From Cladosporium halotolerans (lineage: Eukaryota), in contig NW_027191456.1 in NCBI RefSeq assembly GCF_011745625.1, forward strand, positions 1,054,001 to 1,118,000: DNA of 64,000 bases. Direction: 5' to 3'. The stretch's first letter is position 1; the number at the start of each line of letters is the position of its first letter. This document shows positions 32,233 to 44,789 of the stretch, one piece after another. The notes beneath the pieces are model-generated. The model worked only from the letters and a program-made list of their open reading frames with translations, made no database searches and was not told the origin of the DNA. Position numbers and translations under genes: made by a program.

Positions 32233-32524
32233 ATGGTGTGGTTATCGTTATGTCCATGTGCGTTTGTGTTTTGGGCTAGCTGGTTTGATGATGCGCGATT
32301 CGCCCCGTGTAATAGTCTGCTTCGATGCCCACTCGAGCCGGGGCTCATCTCGTTCTGCTGTACGTGGACAGCTTCTTCCTCGATAGCTCAAGGCTTTCGG
32401 GCCTGCCACTTGCCATGCTCACCAGTCTCTTGGATGCAATAAATATACCCAGTGCATATCCCCGGAGCGGGGTCTTCCACTCTCAGCTTCAACACCAGCA
32501 CTTTATTCATAATGTTGAATTCAT

Positions 32525-33535
32525 CTACAGCTTCGCATCCTTCGTGTGGCGATAATCATAATGCCAATCTTCCCGTGCCAAATCAGATCGCACTTGATAA
32601 TTCTCTTCCGCATCCTCCACAATTTGCATATCCACGTCCGCCACCGCCATGCCCTCTGCACAACTCCCCAACCGAACAAGCGGCCCAGCGTACGGCACGC
32701 AAATCTGCGAAAGACCCGCGTAGCCCCTCCCTGGTGGGCCGCCAGCGTTCGCGAATACGACGGCTGGAACTATATGTCAGCTTGACATCCTCGAAAGTAG
32801 CAAAAAAGAGTAAGAAAGATACGCACCGCACGTATTCTCAAAACACCTCGCCGTCAACAAACTATCCAAGAACAACCCCTCCGCGACCGGGTTCACCGCC
32901 AGCCCTTTCTCCGAACAGTCCTTCAGCGTCCAGAAGGTCGGCACGATGACCAGCTTCGCCCCCTGCGCGATCAGCTCCCGCCACGCCTCCGGAAACGCCA
33001 GGTCCCAGCAGATCAGCAGCCCGACGCGGCCCAGCGGCGTGTCGAAGACCGGGTGCGCGTCGTGCGCAGACGACGTCAGGTGGTCGCGCTCGATCGCGCC
33101 CCACAGGTTCTTCTTCACGTACCGGCCTGCGATGGCGCCGCTGGCGTCGATGAAGTAGGCGACGTTGAGGAGCTGCTCCGAGGGTGTGTCGGCGTCGTGG
33201 AGCTCGAGGATCGTCCCCGGGACGATGTTGATGTGCAGGTCGCGGGCGAGGGCGCGGTAGTTGTTGAGGTAGGTCTGCCACTGGCTGCAAGCGGACTTGA
33301 AGTTGGGGTCTTGCGGGACCCAGTTTAGGAGGTGGTATTCGGGGAGCACGGCGAGGGCGGCGCCTTGCGCGGCGGCGGCGCGGATTTGCGTGGCGGCTTT
33401 GGCGTAGTTGGATTCGAGTTGCATGGGCTGGGGAGGGGTGTTAGTGGTGATTGGTCTGATTTGGGGATATTGGGGTCGTCTAGTCATTACTTTGGGGTGC
33501 ATTTGGATCACTGCTATCTTGTGTGTGGGCGCCAT
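32525..33535 (-). CDS. Nitrilase/carbon-nitrogen hydrolase family protein with C-terminal PTS1 (AKL)
   Basis: KIAVIQ, catalytic triad motifs LPEY / YVKKNLW / LLICWDLAFPE; introns 33428-33490 and 32764-32826; last exon AVVFANAGGP..YAGLSQI..HTKDAKL*. Confidence 0.88.
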
Positions 33536-35475
33536 GGTAAGTAGCAATGCGGGTGAAAGAATGAAGTCCTGGGTATTGATAAAGAATGATATACTGTAGA
33601 CAGATATTGAGGAGCAGTGTCTATATCTACTAGAGATTGGTTTATCTTATGTGAGTGTTCGTGGGCTATGTTCGATTAGGAATGGGCATCCGAGTCCCGA
33701 GCGATGATAAATGTTGCTATCGACCCCGCCCTGTGCCCCGCCACGCTTGTCGGAAGGACCATGGTGGGCATGTTGGGAAGATGATGTCCTTCAGTTTCAA
33801 TAGAAATTCTCCAGTTGACGTTACCTACGCTTTTCCTCGCCAGTGCCGATGTCCACGTTCAGGAGAGAAGCTCAGGTCTGCTGGTTGTAGTGAATGCCAC
33901 TTTCGATTGAGCGGGATGCTCATTGGATCAGGTGGAAGAACCTCTCTCGCATGATGGCATCTCGCCAAAGCGACTCACAACGGCATGAGTAATTATGGCA
34001 ACAAAAGAACTCACTTTGTCCTCTCATTATAGTTGATCCCAATTGGAGGCTGCCTTGAGACGAGGCCACATTTTCTTGTTGGAGGGAGAAGACGATAGGG
34101 TTAGGGTTGGGGTAGCAGAGCTCAGCGGAGATATAGTGACATCTTCTGTGCAACTCACGATGTGATCCAAGGATGTTGCGAATGCGGACACGAAACGTTT
34201 CGGTGATCATTTTGCAACCTCGAGTAGGGCTACCACCTCATGGGTGGTGCACAGCTGTTCGAGAGGCTGCCTCGACTCCTAAGGCTCGTAATTCCCACGT
34301 GACCAATGCCCACGAATGATAGACACTACACCAAGGTAAGCGTACGCAGGTACGCGCGCAAGACACCCTGAGGCGTTATGCAAGTGAGACCATTGGGCAG
34401 TGGTTTTGTAGTCACGACCACAAACCTCTCGAGGCGTTCGCCATACAGCTGCAGCGCACAAGCATGAACGCAGCATTGCGAGATGACAGGTGTTTCACGC
34501 CAGCAGCCAAGCGAAGACTCCCCGGAACACGCCGTTTCGAATGTTCTATCGCCGCGTGTCCGACAGCCAGTGAGAGCTGGCGGAGCAATTTCTCCCGCAC
34601 AAGCATTTTGAGTCTCGTATAAGATGTCGGTTGGGTGAAACGGCAGCAGTGGCAGCTCGCTACCAACCGGCCTGTCTCCCCTGTAGCGACGATGAGGTCC
34701 GCATACACCCATACCGCGCCCTCATAAAGACTGGCTGCACCCCAACGACCGCGCGATCGGTGCGCCTCCTCCACGCCACCCGCATCCCGCGCATATCCTC
34801 CGATCCTCACGCACAAGGGCACAAGGGCACACGCACCCTTGGCGCACCCTCACACCCTCCGCAGCGCCAAACATCGGTCCGCCCTGGCGCTAACGAGCAA
34901 CGGCCGCCACGGCTAAACCCCAAAACGCCATTCCAACGGTTTTGACAGCCGCCCGCCGGTCTGGGCCTCGACCAGACGCGTGTGCCTCGCTATTTTTGCC
35001 TGCGCCCCCCCAAGAGTGTCATCATCGGGCGGCTCTCTCGATCCTCTGCCTTCGCCGATACGGGCGCCGGCACCCGCCATTGCGTCTGTGAGGGCTGCGA
35101 ACGCCTGTGCGTCGAGCATTTTCAACCCACTCCGCGGTCACTACGTACCTGTGTCTGGACCGAGGGCGTGTGCTGCATGTGACGGGGAAGAAGCTTGTTG
35201 GGATCTGCTTGCTCTGCTGCCACGCATCTGCCTTTGCGGGCATCGTTTCCTTGTCCTCGGTTCTGCGCAGTGCAAACCATTCTATACACCCTGCATCACC
35301 TGCTTTCTTGCATTCGAGCCCCAGGCATTATTATTCACTGTCATTACATCACTGTCGCTACCTCCATCAGCACCATTGCTGGGTTTGGGCACTGGTCTTG
35401 ATCGCAGACTGGTGATCCTTGCCCACCAACGCACCGACAACCACTCGTTTACAGCACGCGACACACAGCTTCGCC

Positions 35476-38400
35476 ATGGCAGACACATTGGCACACACCC
35501 TCTTCTCCAGGCAGGACAACGGCGGCGGCGATGCTCCAAAATCGAGCTCAGAGCAGCTCGTGGACCTCTTGGAGCAGGGTTTCTCTGGTCAGGTACGGCA
35601 TACCACGGTTTTCCCAAACCTTAAGTCAAGACTGACACTCTTCACAGCTCTCCGATAGCGCTTTCTATTCCTCCCTTGGTACATCGCTGGGCCTCACACT
35701 TCTCGCCGCGCTTCTCTTCTGTGTTCTCCGACCATACAACAGCGTAGTCTACGCTCCACGTGCGAAGCACGCCGACAGCAAACATGCGCCGCCGCAACTC
35801 AGTAAGGGCATCTTCGACTGGATCGCTCCGATCGCCAAGACGAAAGAGCAGGACTTCGTGGACAAGGTCGGACTGGACGCTGCCGTGTTCATGCGTGTAG
35901 CTCGCATGCTGCGCAACATCTTTATCATCTTGGCGGTCGTGGGCTGCGGCGTGCTCATCCCAACATACCTTCTGTCCCCTGTCGTCACTGGAAACAGCAA
36001 GATGAAGAGGCAGGACTCTCAGTACTATGCTTATGGCAAGGGCACTGGTTTCTTTATGAAGATTACACCGAGATTCATGGTCTACAGCCCGGGTGTCTGG
36101 GCCGTGGTGGTTTGCGTTTACGCATTCGACATCATTGTGTGCTACTTCCTCTGGCGCAACTACAAGGCCGTCACCCGGCTGAGGCGAGCCTACTTTGACA
36201 GCTCTGAGTATCAGCGCAGCCTGCACTCCAGAACCCTCCTGCTTACGGATATCCCGAAAGAATACCGCTCGGATGATGGCATTCTCAAAATCACCGACGA
36301 AGTGAAGGGCACCGACAATGTTCCGAGAGCGGCCATCGCAAGAAACGTGAAGGACCTGCCCGATCTTGTGGAAGAGCACGAAGAGACGGTCCGCAAACTC
36401 GAGGGTTACCTGGCGAAGTACTTCAAGAATCCGGACAAGCTGCCCCCTACAAGACCTACGTGCAAGCCTTCTAAGAACGACAAGTCGTACAGCAAAGGCC
36501 AAAAGGTCGATGCTTTCGAGTATCTTTCCGCCCGCATCAGGGAGCTCGAGCACCAAATCAAGGAGGTACGAGAGTCTGTAGACAAGCGCAACGCGCTTCC
36601 CTTTGGCTTTGCAAGCTTCGAGAAGATCTCCGACGCTCACAGTGTTGCCTACATTGCGCGAAAGAGGGGCCCCCACAACACTGACATCCGCCTCGCTCCG
36701 CGACCGCACGACTTGGTATGGAAAAACCTGAAGTTGCTTAGGAAAGATCGCAAGTGGAACAACTTCATCAACAATCTCTGGATCGCCCTGTTGACCTTCC
36801 TCTGGGTCGGACCTAACATCTTCATTGCCATCTTCCTCGCAGATCTGACCAACCTGGCTGCCCTGTGGCCTTCATTCGCGACATCTTTCAGGGAGCACGC
36901 TCAGTGGTGGGGTATTGTCCAGGGTGTTGCTGCTCCAGCAATCACGACCCTGTTCTACTACTTCCTGCCTGCAATCTTCCGTAAACTGTGCATCAACGCT
37001 GGCGACGTCAGCAAGACAGGCAGAGAGAAGCACGTGACGCACAAGCTCTACACTTTCTTCGTCTTTAACAACCTCGTCCTGTTCTCGCTCTTTGCGACCA
37101 TCTTCGGCTTCATTATCAACATTGTTAGGGCGGGCGAGGAGTCCGGATCAAACGTCTGGGATGAGATCGAGAAGCAAAAGTACATCGATGACATTCTCAA
37201 CACTCTTATCAGCATCTCTCCTTACTGGATCTCATGGCTTCTGCAGCGCAACCTCGGTGCGGCCATCGACATCAGCCAGCTGGTCAACCTGGCGTGGCGA
37301 TCATTCTCCAAGAGATTCCTCGCTCCCACTCCTCGTGAGCTGATCGAGCTCTCTGCGCCGCAGCCTTTCGACTATGCCGGCTACTACAACTATTTCCTCT
37401 TCTACTCCACTGTCGCCCTCTGCTTTGGCTTCATCCAGCCATTGGTCCTCCCCGTGGCGGCTTTCTACTTCTGGCTCGACTCGTACCTCAAGAAGTACCT
37501 GCTTCTGTACGTCTTCGTCACCAAGTACGAATCCGGCGGCATGTTTTGGCGGACCGTCTACAACCGCATGATGTTCGCGCTGGTCCTCAGCAACATCATT
37601 GTTGCACTCATCGTTGGCGTCAAGGGCCAACTCGGCAGCAACTGGGGAATGCTCGCATCTCTTGCTCCCCTGCCATTCCTCCTTGCAGGCTTCAAGTGGT
37701 ACTGCGCCAGGACCTTCGACGAGCAAATTCACTGGTTCACCAAGGGCAAGGCCATGACCGACGCCGAATTGGCCGACGGTGAGCGCAAGAGCCGCCGCAG
37801 CACCAAGACCGTCGGGACCCGCTTCGGCCACCCCGTGCTCTATCAGCCTCTCATGACCCCCATGGTCAGCAAGAAAGCCCAGCACCTGCTCAAGCAGGTC
37901 TACGCCGGCCGCACCTCCCTCGACAACGACCGCTACGCTGCCGGCTACTCCGACGTCTACATGGACTCCATGGACGCCAACAAGCCCGGCAAGCCCGACT
38001 CCGCCCTCGCCGGCTTCGAGGTCGTCGACGAGAACAACATGGACTTCGAGCACTATAAGAACCGCCCGGAGTTCCGCGAGCAGGCCGGCGGCGACGGCGA
38101 ACTCTACGGCCACCCCGCAGACCTCATGCGCCCCGGCACCCCCGGCAGCATGATGACCGGCGTCACCCGCGCCGACACCTTCAACACCACCGACTCCCGC
38201 AGCCGCTCGCAGTCCCGCAACCGCCACTTCCGCGACGACAGCAACGACTCGGACTTCACGCACGTCGACGACGCCGAGGGCGGAGCAGAGACCTCCTACC
38301 CGCAGGGCTACCACAAGACCCCTGTCCTCGGCCGCGACGCCAGCCCCTCCGGCAGCGAGCGCTCCGTCGACCGCGCCTATCTCGTCCACGGCGCCGCGCG

Positions 38401-38566
38401 CATGGCTCGAAGCCCGTCGCCGGGCCCGCCTAGGCTGCCTATGCCTCCTGCCCCTACGCCTGGCGGTTATGGGCCGATTGGCGGCATGGAGGGCGGGTTG
38501 GGCACCCCGGGCAGCCAGGATGAGGACACGAGTTACGATTACTTCCGGAGGGGGAGGGGGATGTAA
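35476..38566 (+). CDS. CSC1/OSCA/TMEM63 (DUF221) calcium-permeable stress-gated channel
   Basis: Exon 35476-35592, intron 35593-35647, then LRPYNSVVYAPR, VGLDAAVFMR, SRTLLLTDIP, LAPRPHDLVWKNL, KYLLLYVFVTKYESGG; many transmembrane segments and a disordered tail. Confidence 0.92.
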
Positions 38567-39086
38567 GGGCCGAGAATGAGTTCGGCTGTCTGATTTCATA
38601 GATTTACAGAAAACTTTCGACCACGAGCGGACGCTGGGAACCTTGCTTGCCGTGGGCATGAAAAGTTTGTACGAATTATGTTTTTCCTTCTGGACTGGGC
38701 GGTGGGATGGGATAGAGATACATGGCGTTACTACTAGACTATCTAGATTATCGGGTTTTCTACAGCAGTACGGTAGAAGCTTTGAAAGCATTTTGGTTCT
38801 GTTCATTAACCACGTCCTATATTCTCCTCTTTCTGGCCCCATTGCGCCTGATCAATCTTGCAGGTGATGTGCGAATTGGCCGGCATTTTGCCTGCCACTT
38901 GAGCACGTTCGGACGATGTCTCGACGACGACTGCCTATAGTGCAATACAACACGAGACTAATGTGGACACAAAACGGTAATGGAACAATATCATGCCATG
39001 AAAACGTCTTTTGGATAATTGATCGTTATACCCTAAATTCTCTTTCCGACTTCTACTGTGCACATGCGTCCAATATCTCAAAAACC

Positions 39087-40211
39087 CTACTGCAGCGCCC
39101 TGACAACCTTCAGCAAATCACCCGACACACCCATAGCAGTGACGTCCGCTCCCGCGCCCGCGCCCTGGATGATCAGCGGGTTGCCGCCGTACCGCTCCGT
39201 GTAGAAGTTGATGATGTTGTCGCTGCCCTTCAGCGCCGCGATCGGGTGGCTCGCGTCGAACTTCTCCAGCCCAACCTTGACCGCTTTCGCGCCGACGTCG
39301 ATGCTCCCCACGAACCGCACCACTTTGCCCTCCTTCGCCGCGGACTCTTTCAGCTCCTCCATTCTGCTGTCGAACTCCGGCAGCCGCGTCAGGAACTCGT
39401 CGCCGCTGCTGCAGCTCTCGAGCTCCGAGGGGATCAGGCTCTGCACGGGGAACGACGTCGGCGACTCGACTGGCAGACCCGCCAGGCGCGCGAGGATCGT
39501 CAGCTTGCGCGCGACGTCCAAGCCGTTCAGGTCGTCGCGCGGGTCCGGCTCGGTGTAGCCCAGGTTCTTGGCTTTGGTGACTTCGGCCGCGAAGGAGCCG
39601 CCGCCGCCGCCCACCGGCATGAACGAGTTGAACAGGAAGCTCATCGTGCCGGAGAAGACGCCCTCGATCTTTGTGACGCGGTCGCCGGTGTCGACGAGCT
39701 CTTTCAGCGTGCTCAGCACGGGCAGCCCGGCGCCCACGGTGCTTTCGTGGTAGACGTGGCCGGCGGTCGCGGGGCCGGTGCCGTTGGCGGCTGCCTGCTG
39801 GATGGCTTGCCAGAGCGCGTGGGAGTGCGAGAAGGCTTTCTTGTTGGGCGTCACGATGCTGAGGCCGGCGGAGAGGATGGACGGGTAGGTTTCCGCGAGG
39901 GCCTGGTCGGAGGTGTTGTCAACGAGGATCACGCGGCCGGGGGCGCGAGCGAGCGCCGCCAGCGTGTCGGGGAAGGGTTGCTGGGGCTCAGAGACGGCGT
40001 CGAGCTTGGAGAGCGCGGAGGGGATGTCGAGGGGTGCGAAGTCGCGGCTGAAGAGCTGCTTGGTGCTGCGGCGGACGAGGACGAGGGAGAGGGCGACGGG
40101 CACGGGGGCGGAGGAGAGGCGCTGGCGGATGTGGTCGAGCTGGTTGAGGAAGGCTTTGCCTACGCCGCCGACGCCGACGACGGCGACGAAGATCTGCTTG
40201 GGGGCGGACAT
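39087..40211 (-). CDS. HOM6: Homoserine dehydrogenase
   Basis: Start MSAPKQIFVAVVGVGGVG (Rossmann), VDNTS, VTPNKK, YHESTVGAGLP, GVFSGTMS, GYTEPDPRDDLNGLDVARK, GAGAGADVTA. Confidence 0.95.
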   Translation of the reverse strand: MSAPKQIFVAVVGVGGVGKAFLNQLDHIRQRLSSAPVPVALSLVLVRRSTKQLFSRDFAPLDIPSALSKLDAVSEPQQPFPDTLAALARAPGRVILVDNTSDQALAETYPSILSAGLSIVTPNKKAFSHSHALWQAIQQAAANGTGPATAGHVYHESTVGAGLPVLSTLKELVDTGDRVTKIEGVFSGTMSFLFNSFMPVGGGGGSFAAEVTKAKNLGYTEPDPRDDLNGLDVARKLTILARLAGLPVESPTSFPVQSLIPSELESCSSGDEFLTRLPEFDSRMEELKESAAKEGKVVRFVGSIDVGAKAVKVGLEKFDASHPIAALKGSDNIINFYTERYGGNPLIIQGAGAGADVTAMGVSGDLLKVVRALQ

Positions 40212-40889
40212 TGTGGTGCGGAAGGTGGTTGTCGTGTTTGACGTGTGGTGTTGTCCAGGCGTTTGCTGTTGACTCCATTGGTGACTTATTTTTGAGATGG
40301 CGCGGGGTGGAGGAGGGGTCCAATTCGTCCGACATCGCTGATCCCTCAAATTGCGTCACCGCAATGGGTGGTCTTTGAATCAAATGAAGACATTGTGCCA
40401 AAATGAATGCATTTTGTTGTCTCTCAATAGCATCCTTCTTTTTCAGACTAGATCAAACCCTCTTGGATTGTGTATTGACTTGATCGGGTGAATCAAATGC
40501 CCATTTTCTGTGCATGTTCTCGAGTCGTCAATCGCAGCTTGAATCCAAAGCTTCTAGGGACTCGAGCGATGAGTGTTGCTTGGGCAAACACGGACTATCC
40601 AGTCCACACAATGCAACTGAACCACTCTGCTGGCGGTACTAAGAGTGTTTCACCATGTTAGAAGATGTTTTCTGAACCAAGAAGTGCCAGGGCTCGCCGA
40701 GAAGCGTGCTGTAGAACGCCCGAACATCGCATGCACGGCTAATGGTTCTTCCACTTCCAAGACTCCAATGTCACTCACATACATGGGCCATCTTCAGACA
40801 TATCTCTCATCTTAACAATCAACGACATCCAAAACTTCGATTAGACTCGCACACTTCTTTCAAGTCCATTCGAGCACGAAAACACAAAA

Positions 40890-41348
40890 ATGCCCAAACA
40901 AATTCTACTCATCAATGGCCCCAACCTCAACCTCCTCGGCACCCGTGAGCCCCAAGTCTACGGCAGCACCACCCTCTCCGACGTCGTGACCTCTGCCAAA
41001 GCTCAAGGCGAGGGCCTCGGAATCGAAATACAGGACTTCCAGTCAAACCACGAAGGTGCCATCATCGACCGCATCCATGAGGCTCGCCAGACCGCCCAGT
41101 TCATCATCATCAACCCTGGCGGCCTCACTCACACGAGTGTGGCGCTGCGCGATGCTCTTGCGGGTGTGGCTATTCCTTTCCTTGAGGTACATATCAGCAA
41201 CGTACATGCGAGAGAGGAGTTCAGGCATCGCAGCTTCCTGAGCGACAAGGCTGTTGGGGTGATCTGTGGGTTGGGCGTGTTCGGTTACACTGCTGCCATT
41301 AATTTTGTGGCACAAAAGTTGGAGGCGGATGGCAACTCCAAGCTTTGA
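40890..41348 (+). CDS. qutE: Catabolic type II 3-dehydroquinate dehydratase
   Basis: [61 protein letters not shown]; ends NSKL. Confidence 0.96.
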   Translation: MPKQILLINGPNLNLLGTREPQVYGSTTLSDVVTSAKAQGEGLGIEIQDFQSNHEGAIIDRIHEARQTAQFIIINPGGLTHTSVALRDALAGVAIPFLEVHISNVHAREEFRHRSFLSDKAVGVICGLGVFGYTAAINFVAQKLEADGNSKL

Positions 41349-41759
41349 GAAGGGGAGGTGGGAGACGTTGCTGTGGAATAGATGAAATATGATCAATGTT
41401 GGAGAAAAAATGGCGTTTCTTTTTTTTGTTCAACATATGTTGCACCTTCCCAGAATGTCATACCATCTTCAAGAGATGTGGCAGTTTGTGGGCTAATTAT
41501 CTTTCATTTACACCCGGCAATCAGTGCACTCCAAGAGCCGCTGACTGCCAGAAGCCGATCAGAAGCTCCGGCCATTCAATGCGGGGCAGGGTCCGGTTGT
41601 TTTCTCTATGTCATTATTGTCATCCTACCCACTTCGTTCTTGCTATTTCCTTTGGTCTTCTTCTACATCTATACTTCCTTTCAAGAAACCAGAAGAGACC
41701 ATCTTGCTAAGAGTTGAGGCTTGAACATAACATTGCGTGAAGTCCCGTCACCATCGATC

Positions 41760-42876
41760 ATGGACCCCTCCCAGGTGGATGTGCCACCTCTTAAAGATCT
41801 GACCATCGACAACATCACCGACAATGTCAAATTGATCAACTCCGGATGCCCTGACCCAAGATTAAAATACCTGTTGGAGAGACTAGTCCAGCACATGCAC
41901 GACTTCGCCCGAGAAACCCGACTAAGCCACAACGAATGGATGACCGCCATCCAATTCCTGACTTCCGTAGGGCAAATCTGCACCGACGTCAGACAAGTAT
42001 GTCTTCCCAAAACAGGACTGCGTCTAAGCTTCCTTCATAAACATTAGCTAATACAAAGTCACAAAGGAATTCATCCTCCTCTCCGACATCCTCGGCCTCT
42101 CCCTCCTCGTCGACAGCATCGACCATCCCAAACCCGCCTCCAGCACCGAAGGAACAGTGCTTGGTCCATTTCACACGCACGACGCTCCGCCCGAGCCTAA
42201 TGGGACCCAAATCGCCCACGACCCCGCCGGCGAGCCCTGCCTCGTCCTCTGCACTGTCAAAGACACGGAGGGCAAGCCCATCGAGGGCGTCAAAATCGAT
42301 ATCTGGGAGACGGACAGCAGCGGCAAGTACGATGTGCAGTATGAGGGACGCGAGGCGCCGGATCAGAGGGCTGTCATGACGAGTGATGCTGAGGGCATTT
42401 TCTGGTTCAAGGCCATTGTCCCTGTGCCGTATCCGATCCCGAACGATGGACCGGTCGGGAAGCTCCTGACGCTGCTGAAGAGGCACTGTTATCGCCCAAG
42501 CCATATGCATTTCATGATGGAGAAGGAGGGGTTCGATCATCTGATTACGTGAGTCTGCTTTGAGACTTGTTCCTGCGAGTGTTACATTGCTGACGATTTC
42601 TGCAGAGCACTTTACCTCCGCGGAGACCCTTATGAGACGTCCGATGCGGTTTTCGGTGTCAAGGAGTCACTGCTTATAGATCTCGGCAAAGTTAGTGCCG
42701 GGCAGGCGAAGACTTATGGGGTGAAGGAGGGCGGGAAGCTCATGAGCTACGACTTTGTTCTAGTCTCAGAGAAGGAGTCGAGGGAGCTGCGCGAGAAGAA
42801 CGCAATGTATGCGATGAAGGATTTGGGCTTGCGGATGAAGCTGTATAATGGCTTGCCTATTCCTGAGGTAGATTGA
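41760..42876 (+). CDS. Intradiol ring-cleavage dioxygenase (probably protocatechuate 3,4-dioxygenase, PrcA-like)
   Basis: Exons 41760-41996, 42067-42548, 42606-42876; RQ|EFILLSDILGLS, TEGTVLGPF, Fe ligand motifs GKYDVQY, PYPIPNDGPVG, RPSHMHF, DAVFGVK. The substrate is inferred from cluster context. Confidence 0.88.
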
Positions 42877-43257
42877 GTTCAGTGCATTGCACATCGAATT
42901 GGGATCCGGACCTAGTGTAGCTGTGCTTTTTCTTGTTCGCTCTTGAAATTTGTTTGTGTTAGCGCTGGAGGTGGCGTTGGAGTATCCATGCTGTGTCGAA
43001 ATGTGTAGGGTGATACGCCACAACACGCGAGGTGCATTCAATCCATTCGTGTCTAAGATGAAATGGAAGCTTCATGACACTGTATTCAGCCAATTTGTTG
43101 TCAAACAGACGCACAACCAGATCTTCGCCTGCCACTCTTATCGGCGAAAGCGGTGGATGAGACTTTCCCCGGACCGAATCGAACAACTCCAGCGAAGACT
43201 GTCCCAACTTCATTCAACGCCGGCCACGCACAGCCTATACACCTCTGCATATTAGTC

Positions 43258-44560
43258 ATGATTTCCGATGCAGAAATTGAACAAGTCTATCAATTCGCGC
43301 TCGAGCTCGGCAAAAATGCAGGGAAACTGCTGCTGGAGGCCGCGCAGAAGCGGATGAGCGGCGATGTCCAGCTTGACGAAGTGGAGAAGTTGAACTCGGT
43401 TGATATCGTTACCAAGACGGATGAGGGTGAGTAGATCCAAGTCCCATGGTGTTGCAAGACACTGGGCTTTTGTGTTATTCAGTAGTTCGATGTTAGAACG
43501 TATCGCTGACTCTTTCCTGCTAGAGGTTGAAGCTTTCATTCGCACATCCATCTTGGAGAAATACCCGGACCACAAGTATGTCTTGCCATACGAATTATGG
43601 ATACCTGCAGTGCCATTGCAGCACTGATTCGACCGTCCCACTGACAACAATAGATTCGTCGGCGAAGAATCTTACAGCAAAGGCTCCTCCAAAGAATACC
43701 TCATAGATGACTCACCAACCTGGTGTAAGTCCAGCCTATATTACCTTGCCTCACCACAGCAGTAATCACCTCGCCCCTCGACTGACACTCTCTTGTAAGG
43801 TATCGACCCCCTCGACGGCACCGTCAACTTCGCCCACCTGTCCCCCTTCTACTGCGTCTCCATCGGCTTCCTCGTGCAATCCCAGCCCGTAATCGGCATC
43901 GTCTGCGCCCCATTCTTACAGCAAACCTTCTCCGCCCGCCGCGACCACGGCGCCTGGCTCAACGAGACCGTTCGCCTGCCTCTGCAGCGTAACCCAGTTC
44001 CCCCATTGCCTCCCACCGCGCCGAAGGGCTGCATTTTCTCCTGCGAATGGGGCAAGGATCGCCGCGATATTCCCGATGGGAATCTTGCGAGGAAGGTAGA
44101 GAGTTTCGTCAACATGGCGACGGAGTTGGGAGGGAAGGGCGGGAAGGGGGGCATGGTGCATGGCGTGAGGAGTTTGGGGAGTGCCACGCTGGATTTGTGC
44201 TATGTTGCTATGGGCGGGTTCGATATTTGGTGGGAAGGGGTGAGTTTTCTTTCCTTTTGCTGTTTCAGTCTTTTAATACCTTGTTGCTGACTTGATCGTT
44301 CCCAGGGCTGCTGGGAATGGGACGTGTGCGCAGGCATCTGCCTGCTGCAGGAGGCTGGCGGGCTGGTGACGACGGCTAATCCGCCCGAGGATGTAGATCA
44401 TGCCCCTGTGCCTCCGGCGAAGCTGGGAGGGCGACTTTATCTTGCCATTAGAGCTGCGGGAGATGGGGAGGGTGAGAGTGGACGGGAGGCGCAGGAGAGA
44501 GTTGTGAGGGAGGTTTGGATGAGGGTGAGAAAGTTGGATTATGAAAGGCCCGGGGCGTGA
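43258..44560 (+). CDS. qutG: Inositol-monophosphatase-family protein QutG/Qa-x
   Basis: Introns 43427-43523, 43576-43653, 43725-43799, 44240-44305; DIVTKTD, FVGEE, TWCIDPLDGTVNF, RSLGSATLD, EGGCWEWDVCAG. Confidence 0.9.
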
Positions 44561-44789
44561 GATGGATTTTAAGGGGTTCTGGGAATGGAATTCTCCTTGA
44601 AACGGTTAGATCTGGCGAAGGTTCGGGATGATGCATGGACATGTAAATGGCAGATAGACGGTGAAGTGTGAAATGAATGCATGCAATGCAAGCTTGGTAT
44701 ATACATATTCGCAACAATAACGGCATCGAACGATGCTGACTTTCGTAAATGCTTCGTTTCCGAACAAAATCTCGACTCCATTATCCCAT

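Noticed and set aside
34097..34113. Telomere-like AGGGTTAGGGTTGGGG
   Set aside because: Only about two units; not distinguishable from chance.
33600..35470. Many short overlapping ORFs between the nitrilase and CSC1 genes (also 11400-12600, 30005-30780, 50100-50970)
   Set aside because: No coding-like codon bias, motifs or coherent splice structure; best read as promoter and UTR DNA.
37301..40241. Long antisense ORFs 37301-38842 (513 aa) and 38916-40241 (441 aa)
   Set aside because: They mirror the high-GC3 CSC1 and HOM6 coding sequences and have the typical antisense composition.
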